A DNA stretch of 64,000 bases, taken from assembly GCF_041956535.1 (NCBI RefSeq), contig NW_027192203.1, forward strand, positions 248,001-312,000, read 5' to 3'. This document shows, piece after piece, positions 13,256 through 23,487 of this stretch. The first letter of the stretch is position 1. The number at the start of each line of letters is the position of its first letter. Under the pieces are notes generated by a model. The model did not search any database, had not been told where the DNA came from, and worked only from the letters and a program-made list of their open reading frames with translations. The stretch is from Calcarisporiella thermophila CBS 279.70 (taxonomy: Eukaryota > Fungi > Calcarisporiellomycota). The position numbers were made by a program, and so were the translations under genes.

Positions 13256-14353
13256 TTAGTAGCCGCTTGACGAGGAGAAGGTCTTGGTGGTCTTGGTGGT
13301 CTTGGACGACTTGGATGACTTGGACGACTTGGAGGAAGAGGAAGAGGAGGAGCTGCTTGAGCTGCTGCTAGAGGAGGAAGACTTGCTGGATTTGACGTGA
13401 GTGTTTCCGCTGGTCATTTCGCTGGACTCCTCCGATTTCTGTTCGTCGGCCTTCTTTGCCTCCTCGGCCTTCTTCTCTTCCTCAGACTTCTGATCTTCCT
13501 CGTTCGAGGAGGTCTCCTCAGTCGTTTCCTCTCCCGACATCTTGTTCTTCTCTTCCATCATCTTTTTCATCTCCTCTTCCGCCTTTTTCTTCTCCTCCTC
13601 AGCCTTGTTCTTCATTTCCTCCTGCATCTTCTTCTGCTCTTCCTCCATCTTCTTCTGCTCTTCATTCTTTTGGCCCTCATTCTTCTGCTGCTCCTCCTGC
13701 ATCTTCTTCTGTTCCTCTTGCTTCTTTTGCTCCTCGTTCTTCTGCTGCTCCTCCTGCATCTTCTTCTGTTCCTCTTGCTTCTTCTGCTCCTCGTTCTTCT
13801 GCTCCTGGTTCTTCTGCTCCTGATTCTTCTGTTCCTCTTGCTTCTTCTGCTCCTCGTTCTTTTGCTCCTCGTTCTTTTGCTCCTCGTTCTTTTGCTCCTC
13901 GTTCTTCTGTTCCTGTTGCTTCTTCTGCTCCTCTTGCTGCCTCTGCTGCTCCTCTTGCTGCTTCTTCAATTCCTCCTTCTTGTTGCGGTTCTTGTTCTTC
14001 TTGCCCTTACGACCCTTCTTGCCATTGTTATTGTTATTGTTGTTAGTGTTATTGTTGATGTTGACGTTCTTGTTCTCGTTGATGTTGACATTCTTGTTCT
14101 CGTTCTTGTTCACATTCTTTGATCCGTTGTTATTGGCTTGGCATGGGACGCATTTCTTGCCCTTGAGTTTCTTGATGAGGCCAAGGGTACGCTTGCTGAC
14201 GGTAGGGCAGCACTGGGCACCACCACCAAGGACTCCAGTGATAAGGCCAATGGTGCGGGGGGCAAGGTCAGATGACTCGCTCGTGGCGACCGGGGCAGCA
14301 TTGGTTGCGGAGGCAACGAGAAGGAGCGCGGCGGCAAGAGTAAGGAATTTCAT
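13256..14353 (-). CDS. Intronless secreted precursor protein, copy A (signal peptide, Kex2-like sites, CC/CxxC motifs, Asn-rich, E/K/Q-repeat and Ser-rich tail)
   Basis: 365-aa ORF from MKFLTLAAALLLVASATNAAP. The start is supported by alignment to the paralog at 16619-17407 and by an upstream TATA shared by both copies. Confidence 0.85.
   Translation of the reverse strand: MKFLTLAAALLLVASATNAAPVATSESSDLAPRTIGLITGVLGGGAQCCPTVSKRTLGLIKKLKGKKCVPCQANNNGSKNVNKNENKNVNINENKNVNINNNTNNNNNNNGKKGRKGKKNKNRNKKEELKKQQEEQQRQQEEQKKQQEQKNEEQKNEEQKNEEQKNEEQKKQEEQKNQEQKNQEQKNEEQKKQEEQKKMQEEQQKNEEQKKQEEQKKMQEEQQKNEGQKNEEQKKMEEEQKKMQEEMKNKAEEEKKKAEEEMKKMMEEKNKMSGEETTEETSSNEEDQKSEEEKKAEEAKKADEQKSEESSEMTSGNTHVKSSKSSSSSSSSSSSSSSSSSKSSKSSKSSKTTKTTKTFSSSSGY
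13560..13980 (-). repeat. Coding tandem repeats (EEQKN / EEQKKQ / EEQKKMQEE units)
   Basis: Repeated ~15-nt units such as ctcctcgttcttttg on the + strand. Confidence 0.9.
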
Positions 14354-15544
14354 GTTATGTGATAATAAGATAAGGATGGAGGGGAATACCAATAGACAAA
14401 GGTAAATGAATTGGAAGTGAATGGGAATGAGTAGAAAAATGACAACGGGCAATCCCAAGTAGGGTTTATATATGCCTTGGATACGAGTCATGGTTCGTTT
14501 AGATATAAAAAGAGGAAATGAGTACTTGCCGGATTCCTCTCCACGAACCGAGATTAGTTTTCACACTCAGTGGCGTTTGATTGGAATTATAGGCCCCAAG
14601 AATTTCCTGGGTTTTTTGGTGGCCAAATAATGTTTTGTTCCGGCTCACAGAAAGGGGAAGGAGAGAACTGTGGTCTGTGCACTCAAAAACAAACCCTCTT
14701 CTTATCCTCTCTCCCCTCTTCGACCACCTTAGCCGCTTGCGCCCTACACCTTGCCTCTTGTATGCACCGGTTCTTAGCGTGCCCAACGACTCTTGTCGTC
14801 CCTACCCGGAATGCCATTTCTCCGTTGCTAGAGCCGCTCCCGAGTAAGGATGCGCTCCTTGGAAAAATAGAATAGACGCATCTCTGAGCGAGCGCCTAGT
14901 TACACGAACACAACTATCCATTTCCCGGGTTTTTAATCTTTAATCGTCCACAAACCCCATTTGAGACACAAATAAGCTGAAAAGAACAAAACGTGTAGGC
15001 AAACAAAAAAAGAAGTGTGCATGAGCAGAAGCCTGGTCATTTGTTATGGCCAATTTTTTTATGTCCTAGAATAACACGCAAATGGCAAACCATTGGCGAA
15101 AGCTTAGGTGACCTAACGCCGTTAAAAAAAATCTCGGTTTTCCCTTGATCTAAAAATATCGCGGGGAGTATTAAAATAAAATGGGAAAAAAATAACACAA
15201 TTAAAGAGAGGCACCATAGGGGGAGCTGTAATTGATGCTATCTAAAATAAACCCTCTTCTTTCTTCATTCTGATAAGTCTCTTGCGCCTTGTGTCTTGTT
15301 TGCACATATCGGTTCCTAGAGTGATAACATTCCTCATTATTCCCGTCAGTAAAGCTAGCTATCTCCGTTGATAGGACAGCTTTCGGACAAGAATATATTC
15401 TTTGGAAAAATAGAATAGGCGCATCTATTGAATGAGTGCCTATTTACACACAAGCCGTTCAATTCCCGGGTTTTTAACCTTATAACGTCCACAAACTCCA
15501 TTTGAGGCACAAATAAGAAAAAAACGAAAAGGCAAAAATAAGAG

Positions 15545-15663
15545 AGACCATGATAACATGGTCCTTCTCTTCGCTCAGAAACCAGGCTGACAAGAGAATT
15601 TTCTACTTGAGAGGGATGAATCTTCAAGTCATCGAAGTGGGTAATACAGTGATTCTGGACCAT
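15545..15663 (-). pseudogene. Truncated duplicate of MET2 exon 1 with an internal frameshifting deletion
   Basis: MVQNHCITHFDDLKIHPSQVENSLVSLVSE matches MET2 MVQNHSITHFDDPKIHPSQAENPFINLVSE. It then jumps to the EEKDNVM-coding sequence out of frame, and similarity ends. Confidence 0.88.
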
Positions 15664-16618
15664 TTACATCCCCGTCCTTAGAGAAAAAATAAAGAAGGAA
15701 GCGATAAAGAAGAATGCGAAAAATTTTGTGGCTCTGTCCCTAAGAATCACAATGGTTAGACAAAAACTATTAAGATAGGACTGTCGCGACCATTCTGAAA
15801 CTATAGTTGAATTTGGCCATATATTAAGTTATATTGTGTCAACAGTGGAACTTGTTTAAGTTGAACTCTAATAAATTTCCATGCTATTGACCTTTCCCTA
15901 TCCTATGACCTACATTTCTTGAACACTTTAAATAGCCCGTAGAAAATCCAAAGAATATGGCTGCTCTCTTTCCATTATCTGTTTTACTTTATTTCATTTC
16001 TTTCATAGAACCTCGAATGCCCACCATTACATTTCATTTGCCCTTAATTTTATCTTTTTTTACATGAATAAAATATGCATATTCATATCGTCATATCTAT
16101 TGTTTCGTCTTGGATGCCTTTACCGTTTAATTTTTTTTATCATCCTTTTTCTTTTCTTGCAACCTAATATTATTAATACGAAGTCTTTCCAGTAATTAAA
16201 ATTATTTTGATAAAAAAAATTGCAAGAACGTGACTGTATAATCAGATAACCGCTATAGACTTTATTATTTGAGAAAAAAATATCATTCTTAATAATTTAA
16301 CTTATCACAATTATAGATATAGATAAGATAATCGTAAGATAATTAGATTATCATAAAAATATTATAATATTACCACTGAACAATGATCAAATCCATTAAT
16401 TTTCAATTCCCCATCCACTCCTTTCATAGTCGATCCACATTGAGCCAGATTTCCTCACAAGAGAGTAAAATTGGCGGCATTGTAATGTGGGTGTAATAAA
16501 AGAATATCATGGATCATGAATATAACAAAAGAGCTATGATATAGTGTATCAAATAAATAAATAAGAATTGATTATTGTAAACCTGAGGCTACGGAAAAAA
16601 TGTTATCAAGAAGAGTAT

Positions 16619-17407
16619 TTAGTAGCCGCTTGACGAGGAGAAGGACTTGGTGGTCTTGATGGTCTTGGACGACTTGGACGACATGGAGGAAGAGGAAGAG
16701 GAGGAGCTGCTGCTAGAGTGGGAAGATTTACTGGATTTGACGTGGGTATTTCCGCTGGTCATTTCGCTGGACTCCTCTGATTTCTGTTCTTTGGCCTTTT
16801 TTGCCTCCTCGCATTTCTGTCTTTCTTCATTCGAGGAGATCTCCTCAGTCGTTTCCTCTCTCGTCATCTTGTTCTTCTCTCCCATCATCTTTTTCTTCTC
16901 CTTCTCGGCCTTATCCCTCATTTCCTCCTGCATCTTCTTTTGCTCCTCCATCTTCTTTTGCACCTCCAACCTCTTCTGCTCCTCCAGCTTCCTTTGCTCC
17001 TCTAACTCCTTCTGCTTCTTCATTTCTCTCTGCTCCTCTATCTTCTTTTGCTCCTCCAGCTTCCTTTGCTCCTCTAATTCCTTCTGCTCCTTCACCTTCC
17101 TCTGCTCTTCCAATCTCTCTTGCTCTTTATTCTTTTGTTCCCCTTGCTGCTCGTACGTATACGAGCCATTTTGTGGGGTGTAATTGACGTGGTGACATGG
17201 GACACATTTTTTGCTCCCGAGTAGGTTGAAGAGGTAAAAGGTGCGCTTGCTAATGGTAGGACAGCACCGGGTTCCACCGCCTAAGAGTCCAGTGTGAAAG
17301 TTAAGAGTGCGGGAAACAAGCTTGGACGATTCGATCGGACTAACCGGCGCAGCATTGGTTGCAGAGGCAACGAGAAAGAGTGCGGTGGCAAAGGTAAGAA
17401 GTTTCAT
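16619..17407 (-). CDS. Intronless secreted precursor protein, copy B (paralog of 13256-14353)
   Basis: 262 aa: MKLLTFATALFLVASATNAAP...GGG..CCPT.SKR...KKCVPC...EESSEMTSGNTHVKSSKS...FSSSSGY, aligning with copy A. Confidence 0.85.
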   Translation of the reverse strand: MKLLTFATALFLVASATNAAPVSPIESSKLVSRTLNFHTGLLGGGTRCCPTISKRTFYLFNLLGSKKCVPCHHVNYTPQNGSYTYEQQGEQKNKEQERLEEQRKVKEQKELEEQRKLEEQKKIEEQREMKKQKELEEQRKLEEQKRLEVQKKMEEQKKMQEEMRDKAEKEKKKMMGEKNKMTREETTEEISSNEERQKCEEAKKAKEQKSEESSEMTSGNTHVKSSKSSHSSSSSSSSSSSMSSKSSKTIKTTKSFSSSSGY

Positions 17408-18285
17408 GTTTTGTGGATGAATATAGGTAAGGACGGTGAGGGGAAGAAGTCAAAAAGCAAAGAGAGGATGGAGAAAAGGATTGGAAGTGAATGGGGGTGA
17501 GTTGAATAAGAGGATGATGGACCATCCCATGTAGAGTTTATATACGGCTTGAATCGAGCCATGGCTCGTTTAGATAAAAGGTAAATTTAGAACTTGTAGG
17601 ACAATTCATGATCGAGGTTTCATATTAACTCGTATAAATCAATCTCGATTCACGGTCCTTGATTGGAATTTTAGGCCGCCATTTTCTGGGATATTTGTTG
17701 GCCATGTATGGGTTGTTCTGGCTCACATGAAAGCGGAAGAACAGAAGAGTTGATCGTGCGCTTCCAATTTCTCTCCCATTTTTATTCTATTAAGTATTCA
17801 GCGTCTTTATGCCTTGTCGTCTGCATAGCTTAGGTTGCTCAAGGCTCTCATCATCCCTAACAAGAGTGCTACTCTCCTGTCGCTAGTGCAGCAATAGAGT
17901 AGGGATGCCCTCGTTGAAAAATTAAAATAGACTCGTCGGCATGTAAGTCTAATTACACAATCAAGCCATCCGTTTCCCGGGATTTTTAAGCTTTTCATCA
18001 TCCACAAATCCCACACCTGACGATAAGAAATAGAGAAAAATACGTTGAGGCGGGCCATAAAGAGAAATTTCGCAAATAGAAGTACGATCCTTTGCCATAG
18101 CTGATTTATTTTATTTTCTTGGATTACATGAAAGTGACAAACCAAGGAAGCACCTTTAGCGAAAGCTCGGATGACTCATTAAAAATAATCTCGATTTGCC
18201 CTTGATCTAAAAATACTTCAAGAAAAATAAAAACAAATGCGTAAAAAATGCACAAGCAAGGCGGCATCGAGCCAAGAGTAGTGGA

Positions 18286-19676
18286 CTACATATCCTGTTG
18301 TACGTTATCTGGAAAGGTCGGACCCATTGATGCAATCCCCTCGTCGAACGTTTCGTCTTCTTCCACAGAGACCCGTCCTCCCAGGCCGACTTTTCCGGCC
18401 CTTTTTCCGCCGTCTCGGTCCTCTTCGGTCGCATCCGTGACTGGACCTCCAGGTACTCGCCCATACACGCAATTGAAGAAGGCCATGGTCTCGTAGGTTT
18501 CAATCTCGTTGCTCATGTCCACCTCGAAGAACTGGGTGTACTCTTCGGACGTCATACCCATTCTCTGCTGGGCCACTTTTCCCATGCTCCTGAAAGCATC
18601 CATCGCCACCTCCTTACAGAGCCGGCCCAGCCGACCGTGGGACTCGTGCATGGGAATGGTGAGACGATGAGCCTTCACCTCCTCGAAACCGGCCTCGTCC
18701 ATGATATCGGTAAGCCGCCTGGCCATGTTCAGGTCCACTCCATCTTCGCGGGCCACCGCATGGACTATCCATCCGTGGCGAAAATTAGGTAAGCATAAAG
18801 GAGCCACCTAAATCTCAAAAGGGGAAATTTACTTGCATCAAGGTATCTCGTGAAAAGGGGGCCCCTTTTCTCGGGGTATGTATCCACCTCTACCAACTCG
18901 ACGTAGCCTCCTGGCTTTGTCACACGCTTTATCTCGCTCATTACCCTCGGCCAGTCGTCCAAAGGATAGGAGAGCAGTGCCAGGCGCTGGAACACATACG
19001 AAATTTCGCCATCGGCGTAGGGGAGAGGATCGAGGGCATTCCGGAGCTCTAAGGTGAGGTTGTGCGGAAGCTCACGATCGAGTGGGAAGGTGATTTCGAT
19101 TATGTCGATTCCAATAAATTCTGATTGAGGGTATTCACTCGCCATTTCTATTGTCCAGGATGCGGAGCCGCAGCTAGGGGAAATGAAACGAATTAGCCTC
19201 TTACACGACGCGTATCAGCACTTGCTTTTCGAAGTTACCCAATATCCAAGCACTTTGCTCCTCTTCTTAACATTTTTTCGACGGGGGCCATGTGATTTCT
19301 ATCGATGAAAAAGACATTCAGAAGCCGGCCCCCAACACCTCCAAAAGAAGACTTACCGCTGAAAGCCCCAGTGCAACATCATGTGCATTTTATCTTGGCG
19401 TTCTATCTCTTTTTCACTAATAATATATGTTTTGATGTATGGAGAGTCGAGGATCTCTAGAGGATCCAATTTATTTTTGCTGATTAAATGGCCTTGTCTC
19501 CTTGGAAAAGGATCCGACAGCACAGTCTGCCCGTGCACAGGCGAAAATTGGGTATCGGCGCTGTCCGCTCTCCCTAATGGGACAGCAGAACGCCTGAAAA
19601 AAGTTTGGGTTTTGCGATCCGAGAATTGGCGACGCCATTCTTCGCGTCGTTTTGGGGAGGCTAGAGTGTTGCCCAT
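18286..19676 (-). CDS. SAM-dependent class I methyltransferase, LaeA-like fungal family
   Basis: EKEIERQDKMH...RNHMAPV...KCLDIG|CGSASWTIEMASEYP..FIGIDI, LPYADG, YVFQR, RVTKPGGYVELVE. Confidence 0.88.
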
Positions 19677-21033
19677 GGTAAGATATGTGCGCGTGGGCTA
19701 ATATAAGGCATGCATATGGGAAATGGGGCGAGGTCGAAGTATTGCTAATGGGATGAGGTGCGGGTTGAAGGGAGAGGGAGAGGAGGGGAGAGACAAGTAT
19801 ATAAAAGGCAAGAGGGTCCCAAAAAAGACATTATTACTGAGAAAATGCATTGAGCAACTGAGTCGATTTCAGACCAAGGATGCGTCTCATCATCCCGAGA
19901 ATTCCCCTTCCATATCGAGCACATGGCTCAATCGCGGTCCTCTGCGCGACCTCATTGCTACCACCGCCCCCACTGGCCCGATTTCTCTGCTGACGGCCAC
20001 AAGCGTGCCCCTTACAGCACCCGCTTCCCTCTGCTCCTTACGGACTCTACCCCCCGTCGCCCGACGCACCCTCATCGCGGCCCGATAGCATTGGCTGCCC
20101 ATGTCTCAATGCGATGTGACTCCTACCGGAGGCATGCGTCATCCACTCTTGGCGCTCAATCGCGAGGTTTCGTTGCTCTGTCTTCAAGGCCAAAATCCAC
20201 GTTTTAATCAAGCAATGGCAGACCAGATTTCAGAAACTGTCCAGGCTCCCCCTCGGATTCTGCGCCTTCGGAAAAAAAAAATCTCGCCCTTACAAAACGA
20301 TATTATTCAACTGTAAGCTTACTGGACACCGTGTTACTCTAATCAAGATTCATCTATCTATCAATAGAGAGCGCTTTCTAGCCATTCCCCATTCGCAACC
20401 CATATTTTTAGCACCGCAGCTAGTTTACCGTCTTGTCGGGATTCTCCTCGAGCAATGTCCCCTCCTTTCATTCGTTTATCCAATGCCACAATCGAAAACA
20501 CAGTCATGCAACCTTGGGAGAAAGCAGAGAAAGGTGCAATTACTGATGCGTTTAGCATTACCTGCTATCCCGCATATTGCATTTCTCGGTTCCTAGTACC
20601 TCGACCATTCCGGGTGCATGGGCTGGTATTTGTTCTACCACAGCCATGAATCTATCAAGCGTAAGTCCGAACTAGCATAGAATGATGTGTTGTTTACCAG
20701 GCAGGGTCTCCACTATTCCCCGTAGGAGGTTACCCTATGCTATTAAAGCAACTACTAACTGATATTGGCGTATACATCAAGCATAATCAATCTACTGATT
20801 TACTCGGTGAGCTGAAGCTTTATCCGCTTTTCAAATATATTCATGCATGAAAATCTTCCAAATGTGAATGCTAAGTAGTATAAGATCCATAGAGCCGAAG
20901 GGATGCAGCCAAATGGCTCTTGAACGTCACCCAACATGGTTTGCCAGGCAAAATATGGGACTACGCAAAATTGCAAATACCAATTCCTCTTTGCCACCAG
21001 TGGCTGAGTTAATTTATTTGGGTGTAATGGAGA

Positions 21034-21064
21034 GTTCGCGTTCGTGACCCTTATTAACGCGTTA
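21034..21064. promoter_or_regulatory. MCB/SCB-like cell-cycle elements upstream of FEN1
   Basis: CGCGTTCGTGAC at 21037-21048 and ACGCGT at 21057-21062. Confidence 0.55.
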
Positions 21065-21177
21065 TTGTCTTACATTTCACCTCTCCTTCAACGATTCTCT
21101 TAAAAATTACTTCGTTGGCATTTTCATTGATACGACTTCGGTCATCGAATCGCCTGCTTCATACATCAACTGTCGCC

Positions 21178-22806
21178 ATGGGTATACAAGGCCTTCATAA
21201 GGTGATCTCTGACAATGCTCCCGATGCCATAAAATCAAATGAAATCAAAAATTACTTCGGGCGCAAAGTCGCCATCGATGCATCCATGAGCATATATCAA
21301 TTTCTGATTGCAGTGAGAGGCCAAGACGGAGAAGTTCTGCAAAATGAGGCGGGAGAAACGACAAGGTTACTTTATCTTCGAGCCCGTTCCAGATGTTTCA
21401 CTACTAAATTAGAAGCTATGGCAGCTGATGATCTTGTACGCTTTCTCTTCGTATAATAGTCATTTAATGGGGATGTTCTATAGGACCATCCGTATGTGCG
21501 AGAACGGGATCAAACCCGCGTATGTTTTTGACGGGAAACCACCCACGCTTAAGAGCGGAGAATTAGCCAAGCGGTTGGCACGTCGTGCCGATGCTACCGC
21601 TAGTATGGAGGCGGCCAAAGAGGAGGGTGAGTGTTCGATATGAATTGGCCGGAATAAATTTTCATTTTTCATACTGAATATGGTTGGCTTCCTTTAGGTG
21701 ATATGGAGGCATATGACAAATTCAGTCGGCGGACGGTGAAGGTGACGAGAGAGCACAACGAGGAGTGCAAGAAGCTCCTCACACTCATGGGTATCCCATA
21801 TGTTGATGTAGGCTTTATATTTTTCAAGCAATGAAGGTTCAAGTGTTCTTACTTCTACTTCCTTCACTAAAGGCCCCATGTGAGGCGGAAGCGCAATGTG
21901 CAGCCCTTGCAAGGGCTGGCAAGGTAACGCCCAGTGCTTTATTTTCAGTTTTCATTTTCTCTATTGAGCATTGTTTTTGGGTGAACATTCTATCCTAGGT
22001 CTTTGCCGCCGCTTCTGAAGACATGGACACACTAACTTTTTGCTCCCCTGTACTACTGCGACACTTAACCTTCAGCGAGCAACGGAAGATGCCCATCGAC
22101 GAGATTCACTTGGATCGGGCCCTCGCGGGACTGGGACTCACGATGGAACAGGTTCACCCTAGGAATATTGCTATTTAAGCCACGATCGAATCCGTGCTGA
22201 TATCGGTTTTGTTTGTTTGTTAACTCTCTTATTTCCAGTTTGTCGATTTGTGCATCATCCTTGGTTGCGACTATGTGGATCCGATCAAAGGAGTGGGACC
22301 CAAAACAGCCCTTGAGCTTATCCGAGAGCACGGTTGTATTGAGGGCGCTCTGGAGCACATTCGTGGCAAGCCCAAGTACACCATCCCCGAAGACTGGCCC
22401 TATGAGGATGCAAGGAAACTCTTCCTTGAGCCGGAGGTGCTTGACGCTGCTGACGTGGAGCTCAAATGGGTCGCGCCCGATGAAGAGGGTATTGTAGCGT
22501 TCCTGGTTCAAGAGAAGGGGTTCAAAGAGGAGCGTGTGCGAAAAAACGTGGAAAAACTACGGAAATATCTCAAGGATGCACCTCAAGGAAGATTGGACAC
22601 CTTTTTTAAGGTGGTCCCCACGGATAAATCGAAACGAAAGGTATGCAGCATCGGGCATTTCCCAACCCGTTGATTCTATTGCTGTAGCGTATTTTTTTTT
22701 ATTCGATTCTCCTGTATAGGCTGACGGGGACGAAAAATCGGCCAAAGGCAAAAAGGCAAAAACAAGTACAACCGCAAAGAGAGGTGCGGGCCGACCGAGA
22801 AAATAG
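21178..22806 (+). CDS. FEN1: Flap endonuclease 1
   Basis: [77 protein letters not shown], and the PIP box QGRLDTFF. Confidence 0.97.
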
Positions 22807-23487
22807 GAGCCATCCAATGAGCGACTTTTTATTTTTCTATTGGATTTTCCTTGAGTTCATTTCCCTTTGATTTATGGATGTAAGAAAATAGATTAATAAA
22901 ATAATTTAGCATACTTTCCTCTTCAAAGTTTAAAGATAAGAAAGAGAGGTGGTACTTCGGTCTGATATTCTCCGGATTGGATAAATAAGCGGCCATTCAA
23001 CAAAGAAGGATGCTGATTATAGGAGAAGGGCTCGAATTAAATTAAGGGTTACAAGAGGTACCTGTATAAATACAGGTGACTTTGAGGCTGCTCCAGGTCT
23101 AACATCCTACCCCAAATACATACTATTTTCGCCCTGTCCCTGACCCCAAAGGAGCTGGAAAAGATCCCCGGTCTCTATAAGACGAATTGACCTTTTTTTT
23201 TCCTGAAAAGCTTCAAGTACAAGTGGCATAAAACACTACGTAAAGGAGAATTTGAATTTGGTAATCGAGAGTGCACCGGTGAAAAAAAAAGGTAAAAGAT
23301 ACAAAAGTGTACACCAAAGTATAACAAATTAAAAGGCTCGAGACCCACTTAAAGAGTATCGAATAAGATATGTACTATATAAATTGATTTAAATGAAGAG
23401 CATCCAAGCCCAAGAGTATTCCTCACATTAGGCTCTCGTATGCCTCGTTTTGTTTATTCTAACCCACCCAGTAGTCCACGTCCCTTC

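Noticed and set aside
13397-14405. Poly-Leu and Phe/Cys/Ser-rich + strand ORFs (also 16647-17187, 3114-3449, 36436-37005)
   Set aside because: Antisense mirrors of E/K/Q-rich coding sequence.
14354-14491. 46-aa hydrophobic N-terminal extension on secreted copy A in the ORF track
   Set aside because: It spans the probable TATA box and pyrimidine-rich leader, and it is not maintained in copy B.
19723-21000. Several short ORFs between the methyltransferase and FEN1
   Set aside because: No recognisable domain, splice pattern or consistent coding signal.
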